Shown piece by piece: positions 48,543-59,171 of a stretch of DNA of 64,000 nt. The DNA is from Phaeosaccion multiseriatum (lineage: Eukaryota; Protista; Ochrophyta, other classes): NCBI GenBank assembly GCA_965112735.1, contig OZ218954.1, forward strand, positions 2,604,001 through 2,668,000. The letters are read 5' to 3'. Position 1 is the stretch's first letter. Each line of letters starts with the position of its first letter. The notes under the pieces are model-generated. The model searched no databases, was not told the DNA's origin, and was given only the letters and a program-made list of their open reading frames with translations. The position numbers and the translations under genes are program-made.

Positions 48543-49734
48543 ATGGCCGCCGCCTCGGCGGATGCTGGTCCAACGTATGCATGGGGTCTCGATCCAACCT
48601 TCTGGGCACACATGAAGCTCACAAATGAGCATGTGCTCAGGCTGGGGGAAGGAGCTCACGCTTTGAACGGCCGGCCTGTGCACCGAGTTTTTGTCGTGGG
48701 AACCGTGGTGGCCAGGGTGATTGGGTCCGTCCGTAGGGGCACGGAGAAGTATGGTAAGTGCTTTTAGGCCGCATATTGTTTCTCTTCTTGGTCTGTTTCT
48801 CATGTAAGACCCTACATCGTGCTCTCTGCGCCTTGATTGACACCTTCAAGTTAAGCACCTTCTGGATGACGGAACGGGCTTGCTGACATGCACCACGTGG
48901 GACAAGGAACGCGAGTCCTCTGGGCGGGAGAGTGCGGCCTTTGGTCTCGGATACGGCGTGGCTGTAGCTGGCAGACTGTCGCACTACAAGGGCGTCGTGG
49001 AGGTCAACGTGGAGAGCATTCGACTCGCTCGGCCCAATGAGGAGCAGCTTCACTGGTTGTCGCTCTCGTCGCTGGGTCGAGAGTACTATGCCCAAACCTT
49101 TGACGGGGTCAAGTACGTGGACGAGGCGGTTCTGGCAAAGAGCATCAAGGGGAATTTGGCGCAAGAGTGCAGCTGCGGCTGCGACTACGGCAGGACGCTG
49201 GTATACTGTAAGTGTCTCGCGTCCCCCGTGGACGTGGATGACGGCCAGTTTGCCTTTCGGGATGCCATCTTACGTAAACTTATTACACTGGAGGACAGTG
49301 TTGCCGAGCTTCCAATCAGTACAGCGCTGGAGGATGTTTCGAAAAGTGCAATCAGCTTTTCCTTCCAGAATATTTGCTCCGACCCTAGCCTTATTGCCGT
49401 CGCGGAGAGTGTCTTGGAGGGAGTTTCGAGCGCGCGCACTGCTGCTGTCACGTCCGAGAGAGTGAAAAGTTTGTTTCGGAAAGTGATTAAAGCCTTTCGG
49501 GAAGACGGCATTGTCTACTTGAAGAATAACGAGGACGACGTGTACCAGTTCGTGTCTCGGCGCCGCGTGCTAGAGCCTGCTATTCGCAGGCTTTGCAGAG
49601 AAATGAACCTCCGCCTTGACTATGGGGACCGCATCGTGCGCGAGCTTCAGAAGGGGCTCTCAATAACGCGCCACGTGTCGGGGGGGCGAATACGAACGAC
49701 CCTGCTCTACATGCGAGAATCCGCCAAAGAGTAG
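48543..49734 (+). CDS. STN1: CST complex subunit STN1 (OB-fold), 2 exons (intron 48754-48850)
   Basis: WGLDPTFWAHMKL (human STN1 has WGLDPVFLAFAKL), VFVVGTVV, LDDGTGLLTCTTW, PNEEQLHW. Confidence 0.88.
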
Positions 49735-50109
49735 TTCCGGCTGCTTCAGAAACCCAGCAGGCAAGATTGAGCGAGAGATGGAACTACTCTCGGCTCATGA
49801 AGGAGAGCAGTTGCTGCCTCTTCTCTCGCCATGTATATGACCTCAGCCAGAGTGGTACCTGCCTTTCCCCAATCAGGTGGGGGGGGGGAGGGACGGCTTG
49901 CGGCGTATGTAAATATCAGTGTACAAGACCCCTAGTATTACTCTCTTTCCCATGGTCTTGGGTCTGCTTCACGCGTCTCTCCCAACCTACTCAGTCCCCT
50001 GTCGGCTGCCTCATCATCAGAAGAAGAACAAGAACAAGAACAAAAAAGGAAATGTATGTATCTTAGATGACTAGTCCAAGGCGTGTTCTCCTCGACGTTG
50101 CGCTGTGTG

Positions 50110-50751
50110 TTAGAGGAAAACGCGCAGGGAGCTGACTACATGATCTCTGCAGACGGGACAGCGGTGCGATCCTTTTGAAATACGGTCCGCGCACGAGGCG
50201 TGGAAAGGCCCGTGACCGCAAGGGACGAGCACATAGGGTTGATGAGCAGTTTCCAGGCAGATCGGGCACGTACGGCACTGGTGAGCTTTCCCCTCCGCCG
50301 CCTGCTCCTCCTCTCCATCATTCCCTGTCCCAAAAACCGCTCCTCCCTCCTCCTGCTGTTGCTCCTCCTGGGAACAGGGCTCTGCGTGCTGAGCCTCACG
50401 ACAGCCGTGGCGGCTTTGCCGCTGATGCTCTTGCTGCTGATGGGAGAGCATGAGAAGCTTCACCTGGGTCAAGCTGGAATGAAAGGCTTGGCGGCAAACG
50501 TCCGCACCAAAGATCTTTAGCACCTGCTCCTTGAGCCTCGTAAGCACGTGGACACTCTTCTGTACCCCGAGGCGCTGCAGATTCAGCACCACAGCCCGAA
50601 GAGCATTTCTTTGCGAGGCGCTTTCGGCTTGACTGGTGAGGTACACCACCACCCCAAACACAAACTCTCGAAACCACCTCTTCTTCACATCGGCAGGCGC
50701 CTTTCGAGCACACCCTGCCCGCCTTTGCATTTCCTCGTGACACCCAGGCTG

Positions 50752-50786
<35 letters not shown>

Positions 50787-51080
50787 TCCGAAAGTTCGCA
50801 GCCTCAGCGATGATGCTCCGCGATCGGCGCCGGTGCAAGTGCCCCCCCCCCCTTTGGGTCCCCACGCTCACCATTCCCTCTCCTCCCTCGCACTCTTCTC
50901 CCGCTCCGCTGTCCCGTCCTCTATTGAGTCTTCACAGCTCTCGCACGATGAGATGGCTTCAAAGTCTATGAATTTCTGGGCTGTGTCTTCTCTCTCTTTG
51001 AGCTTGTTTTGTTTACCAAACAAATCCTCGGCCCTTTTTCTCTCCCGTCCAGTTGGATTTTTAGCGCCGAAATTAAACAA
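50110..51080 (-). CDS. C3HC4 RING finger protein; 5' structure uncertain
   Basis: C-terminal CPICLE...VLVPCGH...CADRI...CPVCR; polyQ tract; upstream exon 51080-50872. Confidence 0.75.
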
Positions 51081-51229
51081 CTGGGCCTCGATTTTCGGCG
51101 CGGGGAAAAGACCAATAAGTCAACAAGCCGAAAAGAGGCCAAGGGCAACAAGGCATTGGCGGCCCTGAGACGCGCCCCTTTGTAGGGATCAGTCCTCCTC
51201 TCTAGCCCGCAGACCGGTATAGCACAAGG

Positions 51230-51996
51230 ATGGGTGTCGGGCAAAGGAAGAGCAAGGGGGGGAAAGGAGGCCACAAAGCGAAGAACAAGGTGCGGTGGGG
51301 CTGGGGGGCGGGGACCACGCCTTGCGCGGCCGTCACTCACCATTCACTCTCTTCCCGCCCTTTCCAACACATCAGGATTATAAGAAGAGCTCTTGCACGA
51401 AGAACAGGAGAATGGATGTGGACCAGGTGCAGGACATGCTGGAGAAGGAGCAGGAGACCAAGACGACAACCACCTTCGAGTTCGACGATGACCTACCAGG
51501 GTGCGTTGAAGGCCTTTTTCCTGTGGTGCTCTACCTCTCTGTCTCTCTTTATTTCTCACTCTCAGTCTCTCAGTCTCTCACTCTCTCTGTCTCTCTCTGT
51601 TTGCCTCTCTCTCTCCCGCTGTCTCCTTTCTGTTTCCCTCTCTCTCTGTCTCTGTCTGCCCCCCACTCTCTCTCTGTCTCTCTCTCACCGCCCGATGAAC
51701 ACCCTCTCACGGCGCAGAGGGGGGCAGTTCTACTGCACCCCATGTGCAGAGCATCACATCGACCTACATTCCCTCAAAAAACATTCCAAAAGCAAGAGAC
51801 ACAAGCGAAGGTGAGCACGCACAGGTGAAGCTTGTTGCATTGCATGGAACCTAGCAGGTTAACACCCCTTGGATCTCCTCCTATGCACAGATTAAAAGAC
51901 GTTGCCCAAGAAAAGTACACTCAACTGGAGGCAGATAGGGCAGCAGGAAAAACGAAAGAAGTCTACAAGGCTGCTCATCCGGCTAAGGAAGGATAA
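51230..51996 (+). CDS. ZNF593: Zinc finger protein 593 / Bud20 (60S biogenesis), 4 exons
   Basis: MDVDQVQD, FDDDLPGGGQFYCTPC, HSKSKRHKRRLK, YTQLEADRAAG. Confidence 0.93.
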
Positions 51997-52428
51997 GTGT
52001 ATGGTAGCCTGTGCGTCCATACTCGCGTGATGGCATGCGAGGCACAGCAGGGCAGCAGAGGACCCTCCTAGCGGAATGGGGGGAGGCAGGGGGGGGGGGG
52101 CTTATTTGCCACTGGCGCCGGCTCGTCTTCTTGCCTGTTTCGCTGAAGCTTGGCCTGACGGCCACTCGGTGGGGGGATGTTCGCGGACCAGCTGCTCGGA
52201 GTGCAAAGAAGCCAAGAGACAGCGAACCTAGGCCTATGCCACGTGCACACGCTCTCGAAACCCGCTTGCGACAGCCGCTGGGCCGATGTTGGCCACACAG
52301 ACCCGCGTGGACCGAGACGCAAGCGGCACCACACGCCCCTCTGGTGTTCTGGCGGCCTCCCTGTGGGGCCACACAGAACCCCAAAATCCCTTTTCACTCC
52401 GAACCCTCCACATTCCTTCCTTTGGCCG

Positions 52429-52463
<35 letters not shown>

Positions 52464-52683
52464 AGCTTCGAGACGGCCACCACTGCACAAAGAATATATG
52501 GGGGTAGGTGGCTTTGTATAGATATATAGATCATGCCCCTTGTGGCTTGTTGATAACAGTGTTCTTCCGCGGTAAAAAAAATGAGCAACGTATTGAATAT
52601 TCCACAAGCCCCCGCCGCGTTCATCCCCCCAGTCTTTGTAAGGGCGGGAGTCGGTCCCATATAAACATATAAACTCCTCTGGG

Positions 52684-52858
52684 ACTAGGGTCACATGAGT
52701 GAGAGATTTGAGTGTTGTCAGCAGCGCACATGGGCCATTGACATGTGTAAGCAATACCTGAGCAAGATGCAGGCCGTGGTTCATGATCGTTTACGACTGA
52801 AAATACGGATAACTTAGTCGAGTGAGGCCAGCTGCTATTGCCTGTCTGTGACCCTAGT
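52684..52858. other. 175-bp segment bounded by 12-bp perfect inverted repeats (MITE or structured RNA candidate)
   Basis: ACTAGGGTCACA (52684-52695) / TGTGACCCTAGT (52847-52858). Confidence 0.45.
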
Positions 52859-52888
52859 TCTTGTGTGTGAGTGATATGAGCCAACCCA

Positions 52889-54236
52889 GGGAGGGAGGGA
52901 GGGAGGGAGGGAGGGAGGGAGGGAGGGAGGGAGGGAGGGAGGGAGGGAGGGAGGGAGGGAGGGAGGGAGGGAGGGAGGGAGGGAGGGAGGGAGGGAGGGA
53001 GGGAGGGAGGGAGGGAGGGAGGGAGGGAGGGAGGGAGGGAGGGAGGGAGGGAGGGAGGGAGGGAGGGAGGGAGGGAGGGAGGGAGGGAGGGAGGGAGGGA
53101 GGGAGGGAGGGAGGGAGGGAGGGAGGGAGGGAGGGAGGGAGGGAGGGAGGGAGGGAGGGAGGGAGGGAGGGAGGGAGGGAGGGAGGGAGGGAGGGAGGGA
53201 GGGAGGGAGGGAGGGAGGGAGGGAGGGAGGGAGGGAGGGAGGGAGGGAGGGAGGGAGGGAGGGAGGGAGGGAGGGAGGGAGGGAGGGAGGGAGGGAGGGA
53301 GGGAGGGAGGGAGGGAGGGAGGGAGGGAGGGAGGGAGGGAGGGAGGGAGGGAGGGAGGGAGGGAGGGAGGGAGGGAGGGAGGGAGGGAGGGAGGGAGGGA
53401 GGGAGGGAGGGAGGGAGGGAGGGAGGGAGGGAGGGAGGGAGGGAGGGAGGGAGGGAGGGAGGGAGGGAGGGAGGGAGGGAGGGAGGGAGGGAGGGAGGGA
53501 GGGAGGGAGGGAGGGAGGGAGGGAGGGAGGGAGGGAGGGAGGGAGGGAGGGAGGGAGGGAGGGAGGGAGGGAGGGAGGGAGGGAGGGAGGGAGGGAGGGA
53601 GGGAGGGAGGGAGGGAGGGAGGGAGGGAGGGAGGGAGGGAGGGAGGGAGGGAGGGAGGGAGGGAGGGAGGGAGGGAGGGAGGGAGGGAGGGAGGGAGGGA
53701 GGGAGGGAGGGAGGGAGGGAGGGAGGGAGGGAGGGAGGGAGGGAGGGAGGGAGGGAGGGAGGGAGGGAGGGAGGGAGGGAGGGAGGGAGGGAGGGAGGGA
53801 GGGAGGGAGGGAGGGAGGGAGGGAGGGAGGGAGGGAGGGAGGGAGGGAGGGAGGGAGGGAGGGAGGGAGGGAGGGAGGGAGGGAGGGAGGGAGGGAGGGA
53901 GGGAGGGAGGGAGGGAGGGAGGGAGGGAGGGAGGGAGGGAGGGAGGGAGGGAGGGAGGGAGGGAGGGAGGGAGGGAGGGAGGGAGGGAGGGAGGGAGGGA
54001 GGGAGGGAGGGAGGGAGGGAGGGAGGGAGGGAGGGAGGGAGGGAGGGAGGGAGGGAGGGAGGGAGGGAGGGAGGGAGGGAGGGAGGGAGGGAGGGAGGGA
54101 GGGAGGGAGGGAGGGAGGGAGGGAGGGAGGGAGGGAGGGAGGGAGGGAGGGAGGGAGGGAGGGAGGGAGGGAGGGAGGGAGGGAGGGAGGGAGGGAGGGA
54201 GGGAGGGAGGGAGGGAGGGAGGGAGGGAGGGAGGGA
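52889..54236 (+). repeat. Perfect (GGGA)n tract, 1348 bp (337 units)
   Basis: Directly visible; no interruptions seen. Confidence 0.98.
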
Positions 54237-54559
54237 CGCAGACATAGCTAAGCATTTCCATTTAGTTTTTAAAGTCTTGCCGTCAAAGCTCTTCGAGCCT
54301 AAGACGCAAAGGCGTTTCGTCGACACGAATGCCCATATGCCTGTCAATAGTAGGCTGCCCCCATCCTGCTGAGGTGGGGGGGCAACGGCCGGTACGGGGG
54401 GAGGGGCAATAGCGGATAGCTAGTCGGCCCGCGCCCGGCGATAGCTTACAGCGTGTCGGCTGACGCGGCGAGCTCAACAACCCAGAGAGAGATATAGTCC
54501 AGAGAGAGGTGGGGGGGCGAGTAAGTCAATGATTTCTTCCCATCCCTCCTCTCTCCTCC

Positions 54560-54680
54560 TTCAACCCCTGATGCACTATCGCCCACATTCTCGATAGCTA
54601 TCCGATAGCGGATAGCGGATCGGCTGGCGCCGGCGCCAGCCGGCACGCTGCGCCACGCGGATAGTGCATCAGGGGTTGAA
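54560..54680. mobile_element. 121-bp MITE-like hairpin element with 21-bp perfect TIRs (copy 2)
   Basis: TTCAACCCCTGATGCACTATC / GATAGTGCATCAGGGGTTGAA; interior homologous to 23376-23472 and containing the palindrome cggctggcgccggcgccagccg. Confidence 0.75.
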
Positions 54681-54754
54681 AAAACAAATTTCGATTTCTT
54701 AAGTCAATTAATGCCCCCTGGCCGAAGTGAATGTATTAAAAAAGGAGAGGAGCT

Positions 54755-55925
54755 ATGTCCAGCAAGAGGAAAGAGGCGGAGCCCCAGAGTCACAAAAACC
54801 GGAAGAGGAAAAGGCAGCGGCATGAAAAGAAGGAGTCTCGCCAGCAGGACTCGCAGCTGAAGGAGCCTCGCCAGCAGGAGGGAAAGCAGCAGAAGGGGCT
54901 TCGCCAGCATCCGACGGAGCCTCGTCAGGAGCAGCAGCAGCTGTCCCCCTTTTCGCTTTCAGCTGCTTCGTCCTATTCCAGACCGCAAAAAGGAATGTCT
55001 AAACTGCAGGAGAAGATGAGAAGGAAGCTGGAGGGCGGGCAGTTTCGTATGATCAACGAGCGCCTGTACACGTCGTCCAGCAGAGAGTCCGTGGAGGTGT
55101 TCAAGAAAGAACCCCAGCTGTTTGATGTGGTGCGTGTGAATCATCTGGTGGGTGTCCACGCTGTCCTCCTTGATTAATGTGTGTCTCTACCCCGCCCACC
55201 ATGCAGTATCATCGTGGCTTCCGGGAGCAAGTGGGCAAGTGGCCCGTGCATCCGCTGGATGTAATTATTGAATGGCTGCGCCGGCGTCCAAAAGCAGTAA
55301 TAGCGGACTTCGGATGTGGAGAAGCGAGGCTGGCGGCGTCGATAAAAAACAAGGTAACGGTAATGAGCATCACCTCTTAACCCTCCTAAAAGACTGATAG
55401 AAACAACACGCTGTTCCCACCACAGTGCCACTCCTTCGACCTGTGCTCTCCGAACGAGCTCGTCACAGCGTGCGACATGGCGAACGTGCCCCTCCCGGAC
55501 GGAGTCGTGGACGTGGCGGTGTTCTGCTTGTCTCTCATGGGGACGAATATGGCCGACTTTTTGCGCGAGGCGTTTAGAGTCCTGAAAGTCGGGGGGACTG
55601 TAAAGGTAAGGACGGGGGCAGAAAGGCCACAAACTAGTCCGCAGTACGAACCAAGGAAATGATGAGGACGACGCAATGACGACACCCACTCCCTCATGTC
55701 CAGGTGGCGGAGGTTAGGAGCCGCTTCGAAGGAGACAGTCCCGAGAGCACTTTGGAGCGCTTCTTGGAGTTGATGCAGACTCTGGGCTTTCGGCAGGTCC
55801 AAGTAGACAGGAAGAACAGAATGTTTGTCATGATGGAGTTTGTCAAGACTGCGCACAAGTTACCACCCGTGGGGAAAGGTGACCTGACCTTCTCCGCAAA
55901 GGCATGCACCTATAAAAAGAGATAA
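54755..55925 (+). CDS. RRP8: Ribosomal RNA-processing protein 8 (rRNA m1A methyltransferase), 4 exons
   Basis: [71 protein letters not shown]. Confidence 0.97.
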
Positions 55926-55944
55926 CGTGTGTATAAAGAGCTCA

Positions 55945-56763
55945 TCAGGCGCTAAGTTTTTCTGATGTGTGTGGGGCCACGGGGAGTCCAAATTCGTCCG
56001 TAGCTACCGCCGATTGACTGGGAGCGGCAGGCACGCCTGACGGTTCCAGCGGCAAGGTGGTGGGCTGCAGATATGCCGGAGCCTCGTCCTCTCCCAGCTC
56101 CTCTAGACCCTCTAATTCGTCGTCTAGGCCCGCCAGCTCTGCCTCCAGGTCATCCTCGTCGAGGTCGTCCGGTGTGGCGTAGGATTGGCTCAAAATCTCG
56201 TTGACTGCGAGTGAGGGAGTGAGTGGGTACGTCGTGAGTGAGAGAGTATACATAGGGAAGGGGAGAAGGTCAAGTCCCCCGCCATAAATAACTTGCACAA
56301 CCTCTGGGCGCCAAGTCAAAAAGCAGCACCTACCTTCATTCATGTCTTCCATCATGTCCGCCAAGTCGAACGCTACATCTTCCACCTCGTTGATATTGAT
56401 CTTCTTGGTCTCCACCTTGAGCTGCTTGTTGGCCGCCTTCATGGCTGCCACTGTGGTTTGCGTGTCTTTGATTGAGTCGATAGCGAAACTCGTTTGCTCA
56501 ACGTTAAACTGCTGTCCCTGCATCTGGTCTCTCTGCTGCTCGTACATCTTTTTCCGCTTCAGCGCCTCCATGGCTCGTCTCTTGATGTTATTCGCGGCCG
56601 CTCCCTTCGTCTTCTTCAGCGCGTTCTTGTACTTGATCAGCTCCAAATCCAGGGTCCTGATTTTTGCGTCGATCGCCTTCACCCTCTCGTCAATCCTTCC
56701 TCCCGCTTCACCGAGAGTTGGCGCCGGACCCTCCACCTTCTTTGCTCCAAAAATCCTCTTCAT
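55945..56763 (-). CDS. CHMP5: ESCRT-III charged multivesicular body protein 5 (Vps60), 2 exons
   Basis: MKRIFG, LKRKKMYEQQRD, FNVEQ, DTQTTVAAMK, SYATPDDLDEDDLEAEL, DEFGLP. Confidence 0.95.
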   Translation of the reverse strand: MKRIFGAKKVEGPAPTLGEAGGRIDERVKAIDAKIRTLDLELIKYKNALKKTKGAAANNIKRRAMEALKRKKMYEQQRDQMQGQQFNVEQTSFAIDSIKDTQTTVAAMKAANKQLKVETKKININEVEDVAFDLADMMEDMNEGRCCFLTWRPEVVQVIYGGGLDLLPFPMYTLSLTTYPLTPSLAVNEILSQSYATPDDLDEDDLEAELAGLDDELEGLEELGEDEAPAYLQPTTLPLEPSGVPAAPSQSAVATDEFGLPVAPHTSEKLSA

Positions 56764-57005
56764 CGCCTCTTCTTTGTAGTTACCCCCCAAGCTGTGGAAT
56801 AGTCCTCAAGGAGACGCCCCCCCCTCTATAGCTCGCTCGGAATCAATCGACTTTACAAATGAGTGTTGTGCCGATGCTTTTAAGTGACTCTTTTGTTCTT
56901 TTGGAAGAGAGGTTAATTTTCCCGAAGTAGGCTGGGTTGGGTTTCTTTTTTCCTTGGGATGCCCAAGAACGTTCAAATTCGCAGCACATATTAAATTGAG
57001 GGAAA

Positions 57006-58166
57006 ATGAAGTTCTTCCTCCTTCAAGCGGCCTTGTGCCTCTCCCTTGCTCAATGCTTCTCTCCCTCGCTTGCGCCTAAAGGCTGTGGGTTCAGTGCGCG
57101 AGGTCGAGGAGTTGCAGCCGCTCCAGCAGCAGTCGGGCTTGCTGCAGGTGCAGGCAATTTGGCGCGAGGATGGCCCACCTCCACAACGACTCTTAAGATG
57201 GCGGCAGAGAAGTTTGATACCATAGTCATCCCACCGGATTTCAAACTTGGTGCGGGATTCATTTTGGGGGGGGCTGCTGTCGCTGGAGGGCTGCACAACA
57301 CTGGGGTGGGCTTGCCTCTGCTCGTCATCGGCGCGTTCCTGACCCTTCAGGTGCAGTAGCCTTTCTGAACGTCCTGCGGTGCTGTACTTTGTGGAGTCAG
57401 GTGCACCAGTTGGGGCCCACGCGCTCCTTTCCTATCTGCAGTGGGGGCACAAAACGGGAAGGGAGGGAGTTTTCCATGATCCTGGGGCAAAACAGTGTAG
57501 TTTCCGCTGTTTGGGTTTCGGTTCGGGGTCGTGGCTGCTTACCGGTACCCTCATTGCTACAATTGCTACAGCACTAAGCTATCGCTTCGGGCGGGAAATA
57601 ACTCCCCAAGCTTCCCCGTGGGCCAACTCGCTCATTGCCCTTCCCTCGCAGGCAACCAGAGTGCGCTTCGAGTTTGATGATACGAGTATGGAGGTGAAGC
57701 TCGGGGGAGGAAACGCGGATGGAGAACTTCAAGACAGCGGGGAGAACTTTGCTGTGGGAGGCGCCAACCGCTGGCGGTATGACACATTCACCAAGTGGCG
57801 GGTGAGTAAGGTCTGGTGCCAACATTTTCCCGCGGAAAAGCCAGCTCACTGCGTGTCGATTGTCTCACTCTCATATATATGTTTAGGTGCTACCCTTCCG
57901 GGCTCTGCCCATTCTGGTCTACTTTTCAGAGGTACGATCTATATATATATATATGTATGTATAGCCGGGTCTTTGGAATACATTCAGCACGCACAACCTC
58001 CCCGAAAATAATGCCTCGCTCCTGCCTCTCTGCGTGCTCCCAACACAAACATGACCAGACGCAAACGGCTCCACAGGGCCAGCCTCACTTTTTCCCGTTC
58101 ATCATGGACCCAGGTCTCTTGATAAAGACACTGGAGGAGCGAGTGCCTAAAAGTGCCAGCGACTAG
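57006..58166 (+). CDS. Plastid-targeted DUF3119-family membrane protein, multi-exon
   Basis: Signal peptide ending AQC-FSP; FLTLQATRVRFEFDD, ENFAVGGANRW, PILVYF.ETQT, HFFP. Confidence 0.85.
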
Positions 58167-58275
58167 GTTCAAGACGGAAGGGGACAGGAGGGGAGAGTTC
58201 CCCACATTGTTAGATCATCTTAGGTATATAATCGCAGGCCTATTGAATTGTACAGCACCAACCCGCCTCGCAAGT

Positions 58276-58895
58276 CTATTGAATTGTACAGCACCCCCCG
58301 CCCCCCCCTTCCGCTCCTCTCGTCGTCCCCACTCGCTTGTCCACCGCACCCCCGTCGTCCTGGGAAGCCGAAGTACTTTGTGCGGGTCTCACGCTACAGT
58401 TGAATGGCGTAGGGCACGTCTTCAAGATGGGTATCTGATCAAGTGAAATGAATGTGTGTGTTCAACGCGATTCTGTGGTGGACTTTCCTCTTGATTCCAG
58501 GACTTACCTTTGCCTCCTCCAATGTCAGAGAGTCTTTCAAACACTCGGTGCCCATGCAAATGAGCCTCAGATGGGAGAGGTCCTGGGCTGGCGCAACACC
58601 TGAGGGACGCGGTGCAGCGAAAACAAGGCATAAGCAAGAAGTCGCTGGCGGTGGCTCGTCTTTGTTCCGCTTCTCCACCTCGTGGGTCTCACCTTCTGGC
58701 CAACTGGAGCAAAGCCTTTGCTTGAGCGCGCTGACTGTTTCACTTCTGTCTACATCATCGAATTCCAGAGTCACCCCTTCATAGTTCGCTGTATTTCATG
58801 GACACAGAGCGAGACAAAGGGGACATAAGATGGCTTCTTCTCCCGCTGGTTGCCCCTCCAGAGCGGACTTACCGAAAACAAACTTTACTTTCATC
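58276..58895 (-). CDS. UBL3: Membrane-anchored ubiquitin-fold protein (UBL3/MUB-like), 4 exons, C-terminal CCTIQ CAAX box
   Basis: MKVKFVF...TVSALKQRLCSSWP...LRLICMG..LKD; last exon reads ...GGGGGCCTIQ*. Confidence 0.82.
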
Positions 58896-59171
58896 GATTG
58901 GTGCCACAACTGCAGCTCCTGCTCTGGGCCCGAGCGAGCATCAGTAGCAGCACACTCCTTAGGAAGGGGGGGTGTTTTGCGGCGGTGGGTGGATCTCGAG
59001 GAAGGAGGCGCCCGCCCCGTCGTCGTCGCCAAAATTGATTACCAACTCGGCAATTTGTTACTTCATTTCTAGTCTTCGATTGTTCCCCGCGGGCCTGTTG
59101 CCCTGGGCCCGCTAGTTGCGCGCTGTCGGCTCTTACCGCGCTTCTCTGTCTCACGGGTGCTGACCCGAGAA

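Noticed and set aside
52621-54372. ORFs of about 500 aa (PPSL / REGG repeats)
   Set aside because: They are translations of the (GGGA)n microsatellite, which has no stop codons.
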